Shown here piece after piece: positions 26,601 to 39,870 of a DNA stretch of 64,000 nucleotides (positions are counted from its first letter, which is position 1; every line of letters starts with the position of its first letter). Source of the DNA: Eledone cirrhosa (Eukaryota); the NCBI GenBank assembly GCA_964016885.1, contig OZ024741.1, positions 268,584,001-268,648,000 of the forward strand. Direction: 5' to 3'. Made by a program: the position numbers and the translations under genes. The notes under the pieces are model-generated. The model was not told the DNA's origin. It worked only from the letters and a program-made list of their open reading frames with translations, and ran no database searches.

Positions 26601-29600
26601 GTGTGGTGGGACATGGTTAGTGTATTTGGTGTATATAGTGTGGTGGGACATGGTTAGTGTATTTGGTGTATATAGTGTGGTAGGACATGGTTAGTGTATT
26701 TGGTGTATATAGTGTCGTGGGACATAGTTTGTGTACTAGGTGTATATAGTGTGGTGGGACATGGTTAGTGTATTAGGTGTATATAGTGTGGTGGGACATA
26801 GTTAGTGTACTAGGTGTATATAGTGTTGTTGACATGGTTAGTGTCTTCCGTGTATATAGTGTGGTGGGACATAGTTAGTGTACTAGGTGTATATAGTGTG
26901 GTGGGACATGGTTAGTGTATTAGGTGTGTATAGTGTGGTGGGACATGGTTAGTGTACTAGGTGTATATAGTGTGGTGGGACATGGTTAGTGTACTAGGTG
27001 TATATAGTGTCGTGGGACATGGTTAGTGTACTAGGTGTGTATAGTGTGGTGGGACATGGTCAGTGTATTTGGTGTATATAGTGTGGTAGGACATGGTTAG
27101 TGTATTTGGTGTATATAGTGTGGTGGGACATAGTTAGTGTACTAGGTGTATATAGTGTGGTGGGACATAGTGTACTAGGTGTATATAGTGTGGTGGGACA
27201 TGGTTAGTGTATTAGGTGTATATAGTGTGGTAGGACATGGTTAGTGTATTTGGTGTATATAGTGTGGTGGGACGTGGTTAGTGTATTTGGTGTATATAGT
27301 GTGGTGGGACATGGTTAGTGTATTAGGTGTATATAGTGTGGTGGGACATGGTTAGTGTATTAGGTGTATATAGTGTGGTGGGACATGTTTAGTGTATTTG
27401 GTGTATATAGTGTGGTGGGACATGGTTAGTGTATTAGGTGTATATAGTGTGGTGGGACATGGTTAGTGTATTTGGTGTATATAGTGTGGTGAGACATGGT
27501 TGGTGTATTAGGTGTATATAGTGTGGTGGGACATGGTTAGTGTATTAGGTGTATATAGTGTGGTGGGAAATGGTTAGTGTATTAGGTGTATATAGTGTGG
27601 TGGGACATGGTTAGTGTATTAGGTGTATATAGTGTGGTGGGACATGGTTAGTGTATTAGGTGTATATAGTGTGGTGGGACATGGTTAGTGTATTAGGTGT
27701 ATATAGTGTGCTGGGACATATTTAGTGTATTAGGTGAATATAGTGTGGTGGGACATGGTTAGTGTATTTGGTGTATATAGTGTGGTGGGACATAGTTAGT
27801 GTATTAGGTGTATATAGTGTGGTGGGACATGGTTAGTGTATTAGGTGTATATAGTGTGGTGGGGCATGGTTAGTGTACTTGGTGTATATATAGTGTGGTG
27901 GGACATGGTTAGTGTATTAGGTGTATATAGTGTGGTGGGACTTGGTTAGTGTATTAGGTGTGTATAGTTAGGTGGGGCATGGTTAGTGTACCAGGTGTAT
28001 ATAGTGTGGTGGGACATGATTAGTTTACTAGGTGTATATAGTGTGGTGGTACATAGTTAGTGTACTAGGTGTATATAGTGTGGTGGGACATGGTTAGTGT
28101 ATTAGGTGTGTATAGTGTGGTGGGACATGGTTAGTGTACTAGGTGTATATAGTGTGGTGGGACATGGTTAGTGTATTAGGTGTATATAGTGTGGTGGGAC
28201 ATGGTTGGTGTATTTGGTGTATATAGTGTGGTGGGACATGGTTAGTGTATTTGGTGTATATATTGTGGTGGGACATGGTTAGTGTATTTGGTGTATATAG
28301 TGTGGTGGGACATGGTTAGCGTATTTGGTGTATATAGTGTGGTGAGATATGGTTAGTGTATTTGGTGTATATAGTGTCGTGGGACATGGTTAGTGTACTA
28401 GGTGTATATAGTGTGGTGGGACATGGTTAGTGTACTAGGTGTATATAGTGTCGTGGGACATGGTTAGTGTACTAGGTGTATATAGTGTCGTGGGACATGG
28501 TTAGTGTACTAGGTGTATATAGTGTGGTGGGACATGGTTAGTGTATTAGGTGTATATAGTGTGGTGGGACATGTTTTGTTTATTAGGTGTATATTGTGTC
28601 CTGGGACATATTTAGTGTATTAGGTGTATATAGTGTGGTGGGACATGGTTAGTGTATTTGGTGTATATAGTGTGGTGGGACATGGTTGGTGTATTAGGTG
28701 TATATAGTGTCATGGTACATGGTTAGTGTACTAGGTATATATAGTGTGGTGGGACATGGTTAGTGTATTAGGTGTATATAGTGTGGTGGGACATGGTTAG
28801 TGTATTAGGTGTATATAGTGTCCTGGGACATATTTAGTGTATTAGGTGTATATAGTGTGGTGGGACATGGTTAGTGTATTTGGTGTATATAGTGTGGTGG
28901 GACATGGTTAGTGTACTAGGTGTATATAGTGTGGTGTGACATGGTTAGTGTATTAGGTGTATATAGTGTGGTGGGACATGGTTAGTGTATTATGTGTATA
29001 TACTATGGTGGGGTATGGTTAGTGTACTAGGTGTATATATAGTGTGGTGGGACATGTTTAGTGTATTAGGTGTATATAGTGTGGTGGGACATGGTTAGTG
29101 TACTAGGTGTATATAGTGTGGTGTGACATGGTTAGTGTATTAGGTGTATATAGTGTGGTGGGACATGGTTAGTGTATTAGGTGTATATAGTATGGTGGGG
29201 TATGGTTAGTGTACTAGGTGTATATATAGTGTGGTGGGACATGTTTAGTGTATTAGGTGTATATAGTGTGGTGGGACATGGTTAGTGTACTAGGTGTATA
29301 TAGTGTGGTGGGACATAGTTAGTGTACTAGGTGTATATAGTGTGGTGTGACATGGTTAGTGTATTAGGTGTATATAGTGTGGTGGGACATGGTTAGTGTA
29401 TTTGGTGTATATAGTGTGGTGGGACATGGTTAGTGTATTTGGTGTATATAGTGTCGTGGGACATAGTTAGTGTATTAGGTGTATATACAGTGTGGTGGAA
29501 CATGGTTAGTGTACTAGGTGTATATAGTGTGGTGGGACATGGTTAGTGTACTAGGTGTATATAGTGTGGTGGGACATGGTTAGTGTATTAGGTGTATATA

Positions 29601-31854
29601 GTGTGGTGGGACATGGTTAGTGTACTAGGTGTATATAGTGTGGTGGGACATGGTTAGTGTATTAGGTGTATATATAGTGTGGTGGGACATGGTTAGTGTA
29701 CTAGGTGCATATAGTGTGGTGGGACATGGTTAGTGTACTTGGTGTATATAGTGTGGTGGGACATGGTTAGTGTACTAGGTGTATATAGTGTGGTGGGACA
29801 TAGTTAGTGTATTAGGTGTGTATAGTGTGGTGGGACATGGTTAGTGTACTAGGTGTATATAGTGTGGTGGGACATAGTTAGTGTACTAGGTGTATATAGT
29901 GTGGTGGGACATGGTTAGTGTATTTGGTGTATATAGTGTGGTGGGACATGGTTAGTGTACTAGGTGTATATAGTGTGGTGGGACATAGTTAGTGTACTAG
30001 GTGTATATAGTGTGGTGGGACATGGTTAGTGTATTAGGTGTATATAGTGTGGTGGGACATGGTTAGTGTATTAGGTGTATATAGTGTGGTGGGACATGGT
30101 TAGTGTACTAGGTGTATATAGTGTGGTGGGACATGGTTAGTGTACTAGGTGTATATAGTGTGGTGGGACATGGTTAGTGTACTAGGTGTATATAGTGTGG
30201 TGGGACATGGTTAGTGTATTTGGTGTATATAGTGTGGTGGGACATGGTTAGTGTATTTGGTGTATATAGTGTGGTAGGACATGGTTAGTGTATTTGGTGT
30301 ATATAGTGTCGTGGGACATAGTTTGTGTACTAGGTGTATATAGTGTGGTGGGACATGGTTAGTGTATTAGGTGTATATAGTGTGGTGGGACATAGTTAGT
30401 GTACTAGGTGTATATAGTGTTGTTGACATGGTTAGTGTCTTCCGTGTATATAGTGTGGTGGGACATAGTTAGTGTACTAGGTGTATATAGTGTGGTGGGA
30501 CATGGTTAGTGTATTAGGTGTGTATAGTGTGGTGGGACATGGTTAGTGTACTAGGTGTATATAGTGTGGTGGGACATGGTTAGTGTACTAGGTGTATATA
30601 GTGTCGTGGGACATGGTTAGTGTACTAGGTGTGTATAGTGTGGTGGGACATGGTCAGTGTATTTGGTGTATATAGTGTGGTAGGACATGGTTAGTGTATT
30701 TGGTGTATATAGTGTGGTGGGACATAGTTAGTGTACTAGGTGTATATAGTGTGGTGGGACATAGTGTACTAGGTGTATATAGTGTGGTGGGACATGGTTA
30801 GTGTATTAGGTGTGTATAGTGTGGTGGGACATGGTTAGTGTACTAGGTGTGTATTGTGTGGTGGGACATGGTTAGTGTACTAGGTGTATATAGTGTGGTG
30901 GTACATGGTTAGTGTACTAGGTGTATATAGTGTGGTGGGACATGGTTAGTGTACTAGGTGTATATAGTGTGGTGGGACATGGTTAGTGTACTAGGTGTAT
31001 ATAGTGTGGTGGGACATGGTAAGTGTATTAGGTGTGTATTGTGTGGTGGGACATGGTTAGTGTACTAGGTGTATATAGTGTGGTGGGACATGGTTAGTGT
31101 ATTAGGTGTATATAGTGTGGTGGGACATAGTTAGTGTACTAGGTCTATATAGTGTGGTGGGACATGGTTATTGTATTAGGTGTATATAGTGCGGTGGGAC
31201 ATGGTTAGTGTATTCGGTGTATATAGTGTGGTGGGACATGGTTAGTCTACTAGGTGTATATAGTGTGGTGGGACATGGTTAGTGTATTAGGTGTATATAG
31301 TGTGGTGGGACATGGTTAGTGTACTAGGTGTATATAGTGTGGTGGGACATGGTTAGTGTACTAGGTGTATATAGTGTGGTGGGACATGGTTAGTGTATTT
31401 GGTGTATATAGTGTGGTGGGACATGGTTAGTGTATTTGGTGTATATAGTGTGGTGGGACATGGTTAGTGTACTAGGTGTATATAGTGTGGTGGGACATGG
31501 TTAGTGTATTAGGTGTATATAGTGTGGTGGGACATGGTTAGTGTACTAGGTGTATATAGTGTGGTGGGACATGGTTAGTGTACTAGGTGTATATAGTGTG
31601 GTGGGACATGGTTAGTGTACTAGGTCTATATAGTGTGGTGGGACATGGTTAGTGTATTTGGTGTATATAGTGTGGTGGGACATGGTTAGTGTACTAGGTG
31701 TATATAGTGTGGTGGGACATGGTTAGTCTACTAGGTGTATATAGTGTGGTGGGACATGGTTTGTGTATTAGGTGTATATAGTGTGGTGGGACATGGTTAG
31801 TGTACTAGGTGTGTATAGTGTGGTGGGACATGGTTAGTGTACTAGGTGTGTATA

Positions 31855-31858
<4 letters not shown>
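20695..31858. repeat. Large minisatellite, 37-bp unit gtgtatatagtgtggtgggacatggttagtgtactag, about 300 copies
   Basis: Directly visible; strongly G/T-rich on the + strand; no ORFs in the supplied track; ends in (TA)n. Confidence 0.98.
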
Positions 31859-31898
<40 letters not shown>

Positions 31899-32514
31899 AG
31901 GCTGAAAAAGCATGTAAATAAAAAGGAAAAAAGAACAAAAAGGTGTCTTAACATATCAGACATTAGTCTTTAAAGACTAAAGTTGTTCTGTTCTCCTCAA
32001 AAACCACTTCCCTCCTAAATCCACCCTTTATCATGGAACAAAGTGACCATTGTAGGGTAGAGTGTATTCTGTAAACTAGCTGGCATTGAAACCATAATAA
32101 CAGAGGATAGGGAGGACTTTTAAGTCATCTCAAATACCTGATACCTCTGTAGTGCTGGCACTACTATAAAATGCACCCAATAGACTCTGTAAAGTGGTAA
32201 GCATTGGAATGATAACCACATGGTGTTAGGAAGGGAACAGAGCTGTATAAAACATGCTGTATAAAACATGCCAAAAAAAGTGTAGTGAGGACTCTTCACA
32301 CATATCGATGACATGACAATCTCCCCAGTGCTGGTGCCATGATAAAACGGACCCAGTACACTCTTTAAAGTGGTTGGCATTAGAAACGGCAACCAACTGG
32401 AAGAAAGCAACTGTGTTCAGACATGGAGAGGAGATGGTTGCTGCCAGGTCTAAAATGCCCAAGAAACACTGTATAACTCTATGATGGCGTCTCTAAGACT
32501 CCATTAGTAGTTAT

Positions 32515-32772
32515 TGGCAAGCTCAGAGGCTCATCAGGCCGGTGCTTATCCTGGTTTCGTTGGCATTAAGCAACTGAGAGAACAAGACTTTCCCCTAGAC
32601 AAAATGCCAGTCCATCACAAGGTTAAACCCTCAGCTGTTGCTGGTACTCATTTTCAGTTGAGTGTACAGGAGCAACGTGGAATGAAGTGTTTTGTTCAAG
32701 AACATAATATGCCACATGGTTCAGGAATTGAACCCACAACATTATAGAACTCACACCACTAGGCCATGCACC
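32515..32772 (-). mobile_element. tRNA-derived SINE with CORE/V-like body
   Basis: Minus strand tggcctagtgg (A-box), gggttcaattcc (B-box), aaccttgtgatggactggca...gaaaccaggataagcaccggcctgatgagcc. Confidence 0.65.
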
Positions 32773-32869
32773 TTTACTTGTAGTAACTGACAGAGATTTA
32801 ATTGACTATATATTTATGATTATAGTAAACCCTTAATTGAACTGATTCTGATTAAAATGGCCTAAATAA

Positions 32870-33070
32870 TGGTTTCTGATTTAGGCACAAGGCCAATAAT
32901 TTTTTTGCAGGTGGGATGGGGGATGTCGATTAAACTGACCCAGTGCATTACTAGTTTATTTTATCAACCCCATACGGATGAAAAGCAAAGCTAACCTCGG
33001 CAGGATTTGTAGGGGGTTGTAACTCTGTGTTGCAAAGCATGTCCAATGTCATACTGATACTACCAATAAC
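32870..33070 (-). mobile_element. tRNA-derived SINE (Meta-domain-like family), diverged
   Basis: ttaggcacaaggcc...ggatgaaaagcaaagctaacctcggcaggattt. Confidence 0.7.
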
Positions 33071-33902
33071 ACAATACTGCCATGTATGAGTAACTTTGGA
33101 AAAATAAGTATTTACAGGAACAAATGCAGGGTTAGAATCCAGGATTTTGTGATTAGAAAGCGGACTTCTTATTGTTGCAAAATGACTGAGATAAGAAAGG
33201 TAGTGTGTATATGTGCATGTATATATAAGTGTGTATGTATGTAAATTTTAAAGAATTATAAACATACATACATATACACACACGCACGCACACACACACA
33301 CACACACAAATATACATGGTATGTTATAATGGTTGATGATCTTCTTTACCATATTTATAAGGAAATACACTATATGTGAATTAATTAATAAAAAATCTTG
33401 AAGGAGTTACTAAAATTATTAATTATTTCATTATTATGATGGTTTTAGTAACATACATAACTTATTTTAAGTGATGTTGGAACATTTTAATTTAAATAGG
33501 AACCTTTTAAATTGAGGTTTTAAAATTTTTTTTTTATAGAACCAGATGAGGTTTAATGTGGGTTGGTATTAAAAGGGTTAAAGCGTTATTTACTTTGAAA
33601 ACAACAAAAAATGACCCCATGGTTGCCTTTGATTTAACAGACTTTTGGTATTACTGAACTTGCCTTCCTCTCCAATTAGCCTGTTAAACTTTTTTCCTTA
33701 CCATATTTTTTTATGAAAGACAGTGTCTATAATTTTCAAATCATTTTGAACAAAAAATGGTGAGATTTAGTAATATAACCAACTTTCTCATTATTTAACT
33801 GGTAGTTGGAACATAACGGGCTTGGCCGGGTCTTCACAGATCGTGTTGGTACTAAAGCAGGGCTACTCACTTCCCAGACAGGCTGGGGCTCTGCATCTCA
33901 CT

Positions 33903-34084
33903 TATGAGGGTTGGCTGAAAAGTTCATAAGCTGACCAAGATACTTTCATAGACCAAATGAGGTTTATTTTTCAAAGTAGTTCCTGGAAAGAAACAATGCA
34001 ATTATTAATAAGAAGAGTTGAAATTAATGCATGTAAGATCACCCCTTCATAGCCAGCTTATGAATTATCCAGCTAACCCTTGTA
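33903..34084. mobile_element. Tc1/mariner-type MITE
   Basis: ~31-bp imperfect TIRs tatgagggttggctgaaaagttcataagctg / cagcttatgaattatccagctaacccttgta with TA ends. Confidence 0.7.
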
Positions 34085-34359
34085 TATACAGTCTCACATT
34101 CTAGTGACTGTGCCAGTAGAAGAAAAGTTGTCATGTCTTTGACACAACTGAAGGATCCTCCCTACCCTTTGTTAGGTAAACTTTCTACAGCTTGATGCTC
34201 TTCCTATCACCAACCATTTTACAGCATATACTGGGTACATTTATCATGTAGATCACCAGTACTAGGGAGGCTGTTATGTCTTTAACACAATTGAAGGGGG
34301 TTTATTGTATTTGTATATGGATATAAACAGATTTATGACTTGTGTTTTACATGTATATA

Positions 34360-34582
34360 ATAATGGTTTACAATTTAGACACAAGGCTTGTAATTTTGGA
34401 GGAGAGAAAAATTGGCTAAATTGACCCCAGTATTTGACGGTACTTTATTTTAGTGACTTTGGAAGGATGAAAGGCAAAGTTGACCTCAGTGGAATTTGAT
34501 TTTGGAACTTAAAGAGCTTTAACTAAATGCTGCAAAGCATTCTATCTAATGACCTAACGATTCTGACAACCCAATACACCCT
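34360..34582 (-). mobile_element. tRNA-derived SINE (Meta-domain-like family), diverged
   Basis: ggaaggatgaaaggcaaagttgacctcagtggaatttga. Confidence 0.7.
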
Positions 34583-34624
34583 TTTACATGTATATAATAA
34601 TAATAATAGTAGTAGTAGTAGTAG

Positions 34625-35805
34625 TTTATCTTATATTAATAATGAATTTGTGTACAGTACTCAGGTGGACTGCAACTCATCAAAGGTGCATGTATAGTAC
34701 ATAGAATAATTGTTTCTACTTTAGGCACAAGGCCAGCAATTATCCAGTGAATTACTGGTACTTTATTTTATCGACCCCGTAAGGATGAAAGGCAAAGTCA
34801 ACCTCGGTGGGATTTGAACTCAGATCGTAAAGGGACGTAACTATGCTGGAAAGCATGGCGTCCGACCCTCTACCGATACTGCCAATCCACCGCCCGTATA
34901 GTACATAGAATAATGTGCAAATGTCAGGAAAATGAACAGTATACGAGTCATGAAATACATGTGTGCGTGTGTATGGAGGGGGATATCAGGTATAGTGTTG
35001 GCGAATCGCATGGAAGCATGGAGGTTTTAAAGGATGCAGTGTCTCGACAGCTAACATCTGATGCAGGTTGTTTGTTCCATGCTTCAGCAACTCTGAGCGT
35101 AAAAAAATGTTTCCAAAAGTCATGGGAGCTGTGCTGTTTTCTGACTTTGTTGGCATGGCCATGTGTGTTAGACACATGGAAATCAAAAAGGTACTCAGGG
35201 TTGTTGTTGACAAGATGGTTATAATAATTTTGTGGGTGTTTACCAAGTCAGTTGCCAGACGTCGGAGCTTCAATGTATCCATGCCCAGGGAAGCAAGGCG
35301 TTCTGAGTATAGTAGATGCCTGGTGGAGAGTATTTGCTTGGTTGCACATCTCTGAACAGTTTCCAGGAGGTCAATGTTCTGAGCAAGATAGGGGTTCCAG
35401 ACTGTGATGCAAATTCTAAGTGTGGCAGCACCATAGCTATATACAGTCTTAAATAGATAGCTGGAGAACGGCTGACAAAGGTCTTGCTGAGTGATGCTAA
35501 GACACCCTTGGTCTTCTTGACAATTTTAGAGATGTGCTTTGTCCAACTCAAATTGCTGCTGATAGTAATGCCCAGGTCACGTTCACAACAAGACTTCTTG
35601 ATATTAGTGTTGTGGAGGGAGTATGTGGACGCTGGGTTTTTACTCCCAAAATTCATGGTGGTACACTTGTCCACAGCCAACTTGAGTTGCCAGTCCGTGA
35701 TCCATTGTTGCATTGTGTCCAGGTCAGATTGCAGGCAAGATCTATAGTGTTCAGGATCTGTCCTTTTTCTCTCAAGGTACAGCTTGATGTCATCTGCATA
35801 TTTCA
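34625..35805 (-). mobile_element. 5'-truncated CR1-clade LINE (RT C-terminal half plus 3'UTR), frameshifted
   Basis: YADDIKLY near 35800, then WQLKLAVDKC, ERDLGI, PHLEFAS, THGH..K and FFTLRVAEAWN, all typical of CR1 ORF2. Confidence 0.9.
34711..34895 (-). mobile_element. Young SINE nested in the CR1 3'UTR
   Basis: TSD gtatagtacatagaataat at 34692-34710 and 34896-34914. Confidence 0.9.
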
Positions 35806-35807
35806 GT

Positions 35808-35948
35808 ATATGGAGGGGATATCAGGTGTAGTGTTGATGAATATCAGGAAGCATGGATGTTTTGAAGGATGCAGTGTCCTGACAACTAACAACCCGATGC
35901 AAGTAGTTTGTTCCATGCTTCAGCAACTCTGAGCAGGAAAAAATGTTA
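35808..35948 (-). mobile_element. Second short CR1 3' fragment
   Basis: Similar to 34972-35110. Confidence 0.7.
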
Positions 35949-36082
35949 TATTTGATTTATTTACCATAGTATTTATAGTAGTAAGAGCATTAGTTGATAG
36001 TCTTCTATTTGTTTTACTTGCAGATATTATGAAACCTCATGTGGAACACAGCTGACTTGGATTACAGCATACATGGCTCATT

Positions 36083-37605
36083 ATGCCACCTCCAAAGAAA
36101 CCCAAAACTGGTCCAACTACAGCTGAGCAGTTCCTCACTAAAGAGGAGCTGAGATGCTTTCAAGCTGAATCCTCTAATATACAACAGAAAATTACCTCAG
36201 GAAAAGCAGGGACTGTTAGAAGCAATGAACTGTGTGAGCCATTCAGTGCTGACAGCAGTAGTGAGCTGGATCATCTACCCAGTCATTGCAGTAAAAGAGT
36301 CTGTGATGATGGCTTAGTTCAACAGCAGCAAGCTGGTAGCTCTTCTGATACGACGGGTGAATACAGCTCAGTGTCGAATGTATTGGCACCAGATATTGAT
36401 CGTTGTAGTCGGAATGACTTAACTGGGAGTAATGGCAGCAGCAGCAGTAGTAGTAATAGTTGTAGCTCATCAGCTGTTATTCCCAGTAGCAGCCCAACAA
36501 CTAATGAACAACAACATCAACAACAACAGCAGCAGCAGCAGCAGCAACAACAACAACAACAACAGCAACAACAACAGCAGCAGCAGCAGCAGGTCAAATC
36601 AGAAGCTGTCCTCTCTCAACAGACTCAATCAACAGTATCACATCCAGAATATTCTATCCATGAGTCATCAGTTTCCAACTACCAGATATTACGACGTCTT
36701 TTTGCCAATGCAAAATCACCAAAATCTACCTCAGAGCCATCAGCTGTTGATCACCTTCCACCATCTGGTAGCAATACCAACATCACAAGCTACAAGGATG
36801 AACCTTCTGAACAAGCAGCAGCAACGTCTACAACGTCTGTGGATGTCACTGAAGTGGCAGTGAGCAAGGGAGGTAACTCTTCAAAAACTTCGACTTCTAC
36901 AGACAGTGTCTCAACTAAAAGAGACTCAAATATTTCTAATAAGAATAGTGCAGGGATTTTACAAGCAGCTCGTAAGAGTTATCTTTCATCATATATCAAT
37001 CAGACACCAAAGCTATCTCGCTTGACCGAAGAGCCCTCAGCTGGGAGCCAAACTGTACAGCGCCACCTGGCTGCCAGCTTCTTGCAGGAACAACCATTTG
37101 ACCTCACTCTTAAATGTAAGGACACCCAGTTTAATGGTACAATTGTTGATCCACTTAAACATTTTATTTCTAAATCATCTTCTCGCATTGATTCCAATTT
37201 TGAACATTTATCCTCCGCTTCAGAAAACTACCTCAGACACTGTGAACAACAACAACAACAACAGCAACAACCACAACCATCACAATTACAAACACAACTA
37301 CAAACACAACAGAAACCTCCAGCTCCACCGCAACCTCTCCCTTCATCAGCACGACACCTCCCACAGCATCAAAAAAAAGTCAAGCTGGAGAGAGAACATT
37401 ATGTAATTTCTACGAATTCTGGAGAGAGTGGTGGATCACGAACTGAAATAAGCGAAATGCTTGTGAAACGTGAGGAGAGTAGGCAGGAAGAAGATGTCAG
37501 TCATCATGTTATATCTATTTTGACAGGGAATACAGACTGTGTTACAGCAGTGCCAAGCACTGAACCTTTGATGCTATTTAATGTTATCAAACCTAAAACT
37601 GGAGG
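36083..37605 (+). CDS. First coding exon (partial CDS) of a Gln/Ser-rich nuclear protein, probable transcriptional regulator
   Basis: 1.5-kb open frame outside any transposon; acceptor ttgcag ending 36023; in-frame stop upstream of ATG 36083; donor GG|gtatgt at 37606; NLS-like PPPKKPK, polyQ tracts, PFDLT (CtBP-type, 37094-37108), SUMO-consensus VKSE/VKLE/VKRE. No folded domain recognised. Confidence 0.8.
36506..36591 (+). repeat. Coding (CAA/CAG)n polyglutamine tract
   Basis: Mixed CAA/CAG codons in frame with the CDS. Confidence 0.9.
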
Positions 37606-37710
37606 GTATGTGTTATATCTTTTTTTACATCTATCTTTTTAATGCTATCAAACAATTCCTCAAAGTTGACCCCACAATATATATACACGCACACACAGAC
37701 ACACACGCAT

Positions 37711-37712
<2 letters not shown>

Positions 37713-37770
<58 letters not shown>

Positions 37771-37785
37771 TGTGTGCGTGTGTGT
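37713..37785. repeat. (TG)n microsatellite
   Basis: Direct. Confidence 0.95.
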
Positions 37786-38644
37786 ATATATATGCATCAA
37801 TGCTGAATTTGATGAATAGAATGAATAGCAATATATTTTGAACATTGTGTATTTTCATCCAAATATTGAAGATAAATTTCTTTTTTTTATGTAATGTTCT
37901 ATTTTTATTCTTTTTTAACCAGATGTGTATTTTTACTAAAAATATTACCTCTATCGATAAACATGGGGTAAATATAAAGGTAATGTTTAGCTGAAGATAA
38001 ACCATACCTATTTTACTGGTTTCAGTTATTAGATTGCGGCCATACTGGAGAAAGTCCAACATTAACATCTAGTACTTTATCATCCTTGGCATAAAGGGTG
38101 ATAACTCAGATTTAACACCACTGGATATGATTGCATGAATGTACACGGATACAGGTATATTATATACAGTGGAACGTTTCCCATCATGATCAAATTGGTT
38201 CATGAACAATTTTTCCAAACATAAAACATCTTGGGTGATAAACAGAGTAATGAATACGCAAGCCGGCAACAACAGTTTGTTACATGCTGGGAGTATTAGC
38301 GGGAAAGTGTCACTTGCTGTGTAGTTAGTTACTATGGTGATATATGTCTATCTTTCACACACAGTTTCTCTCACTGTATTGCTCTTTCAACATTTCATAT
38401 GGGAAAGATAGTTTTGGTTTACAAACAGTTCAGATGACAAATGGCCTTCAAGAACGAATTATGTTCGTGAACTGCTACTAATGTAAGCATTGTGTGCGTG
38501 TATGTATATATATTTGTTTTTATATGTGTGTGTGGAAGAAGGGCTGCAACCTGACACGTCAAACTTTTTGTCCCCTTTTCCATATAAAGTGTGAAACTTA
38601 TAAGACTTTTTGTACTTCTGTTTGTTGTTTCCTTGAACTATATA

Positions 38645-39170
38645 TATCATCATCGTTTTACGTTAGCATGGGTTAGACGGGTTGTCCTGTTATGGGCAAT
38701 GCCAGGTCATATATATATATTTGACTGTGCAATATCCACACACTTTCTTCTTCTTTGCACACCTATTCCTGATATTGAGTTTTTCTCTCAGCTTACTTGT
38801 ACTCTGATGTTCATGTGTGCTAGCATTACACATGCAGTGGAGTGTGTTTACCCTGTTTTCTTCTAACCTTTGTATATTCCACACATGGTCGCCTATGTTT
38901 GCTACCATTCAGCATTGCTCCTTATACACAAGCCTCAAACAATCTGCTTTTGACTCTGAAAGATGGATCCCTATGTTGTCAGCAGAGGTAAGAGCTCCTT
39001 GAACCTTTTCCATGCTGTCTTTACTCTGGCAGCTATGCTTCTCCAATGCCCATCTCCATTGTTGATTTGACCATTTAGGTAACAGAAGCTATCAACCATT
39101 CATAACACATCTTTTGGGTAATTTAGAAACTTCATTTCTTGGATGTCCTTGCTGTCTATAACTCCCGTGT
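38645..39170 (-). mobile_element. Old degenerate RTE fragment
   Basis: Encodes IQRLEEN..LHCMCNASTHEHQSTSKLREKLNIR; (cat)n-type tail at ~38650. Confidence 0.7.
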
Positions 39171-39614
39171 AATCTATTTACATACTGTATTCTTGAAATT
39201 CGAAAAGTGATAGTCCCAAATGTAGAAAATAACTATTAAAACAGTTGATCACTATAGATAATAGTGGAATAAGTTGGGTAAATTACCCTTAGATATCGAA
39301 AAAAGTGGCCAGGGGTTATTAGAGTTATTTTCTGTGTTTAGGACTTTTACATTTTCAAATTTCAAACGCTTTCAGTGCTTTGATAATTCATAAGGTTTAT
39401 ATACAGAATTCTTGTCCAAATAGTACTCTATTTGCCTAATAGGCAGCTAACACCAATATTTAGGTGAGTGTTTACTGAGGATGTGTTGAGCCAGCACTAA
39501 TCAGTGTACCCATAGAATCATTAACAGAAACTGACCAAATCTGGTCATCACAGACATCTGACTTGGATATCAGTCAGGAGTCCAACAGCAGACACCACAC
39601 ACTTGAAGGTCAGA

Positions 39615-39870
39615 TCATCATCATCATCATTTATACATCTCTTCTTCCATGCTTGCATGGGTTCGATGGGTCCTCTTCAGCACAGCATCTCTCCACTCGC
39701 CACATACCTTCATCGTCTCTTCTGTGAGTCTCAGCAGTTTGAAGTCAGCACACATTACCTCTGTTTAGCTCTTTCTTGGTCTATCTCTACTGTGGCTTCC
39801 TTCCAATGGAATTTCCTGGCACTTCTTCACCCAGGGATCATCGTCCATATGTGCATCACATTTAACTTGA
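39615..39870 (-). mobile_element. Old RTE 3' fragment
   Basis: Encodes HMDDDPWVKKCQEIPLEGSHSRDRPRKS; (cat)n tail. Confidence 0.65.

Noticed and set aside
20695-31858. CRISPR-like array (37-bp period)
   Set aside because: Units are contiguous with no unique spacers, there are no cas genes, and the context is eukaryotic
37606-37642. C-terminal YVLYLFLHLSF of the 519-aa ORF
   Set aside because: Most likely read-through into the intron after the GG|gtatgt donor; sequence turns AT-rich and runs into a (TG)n repeat
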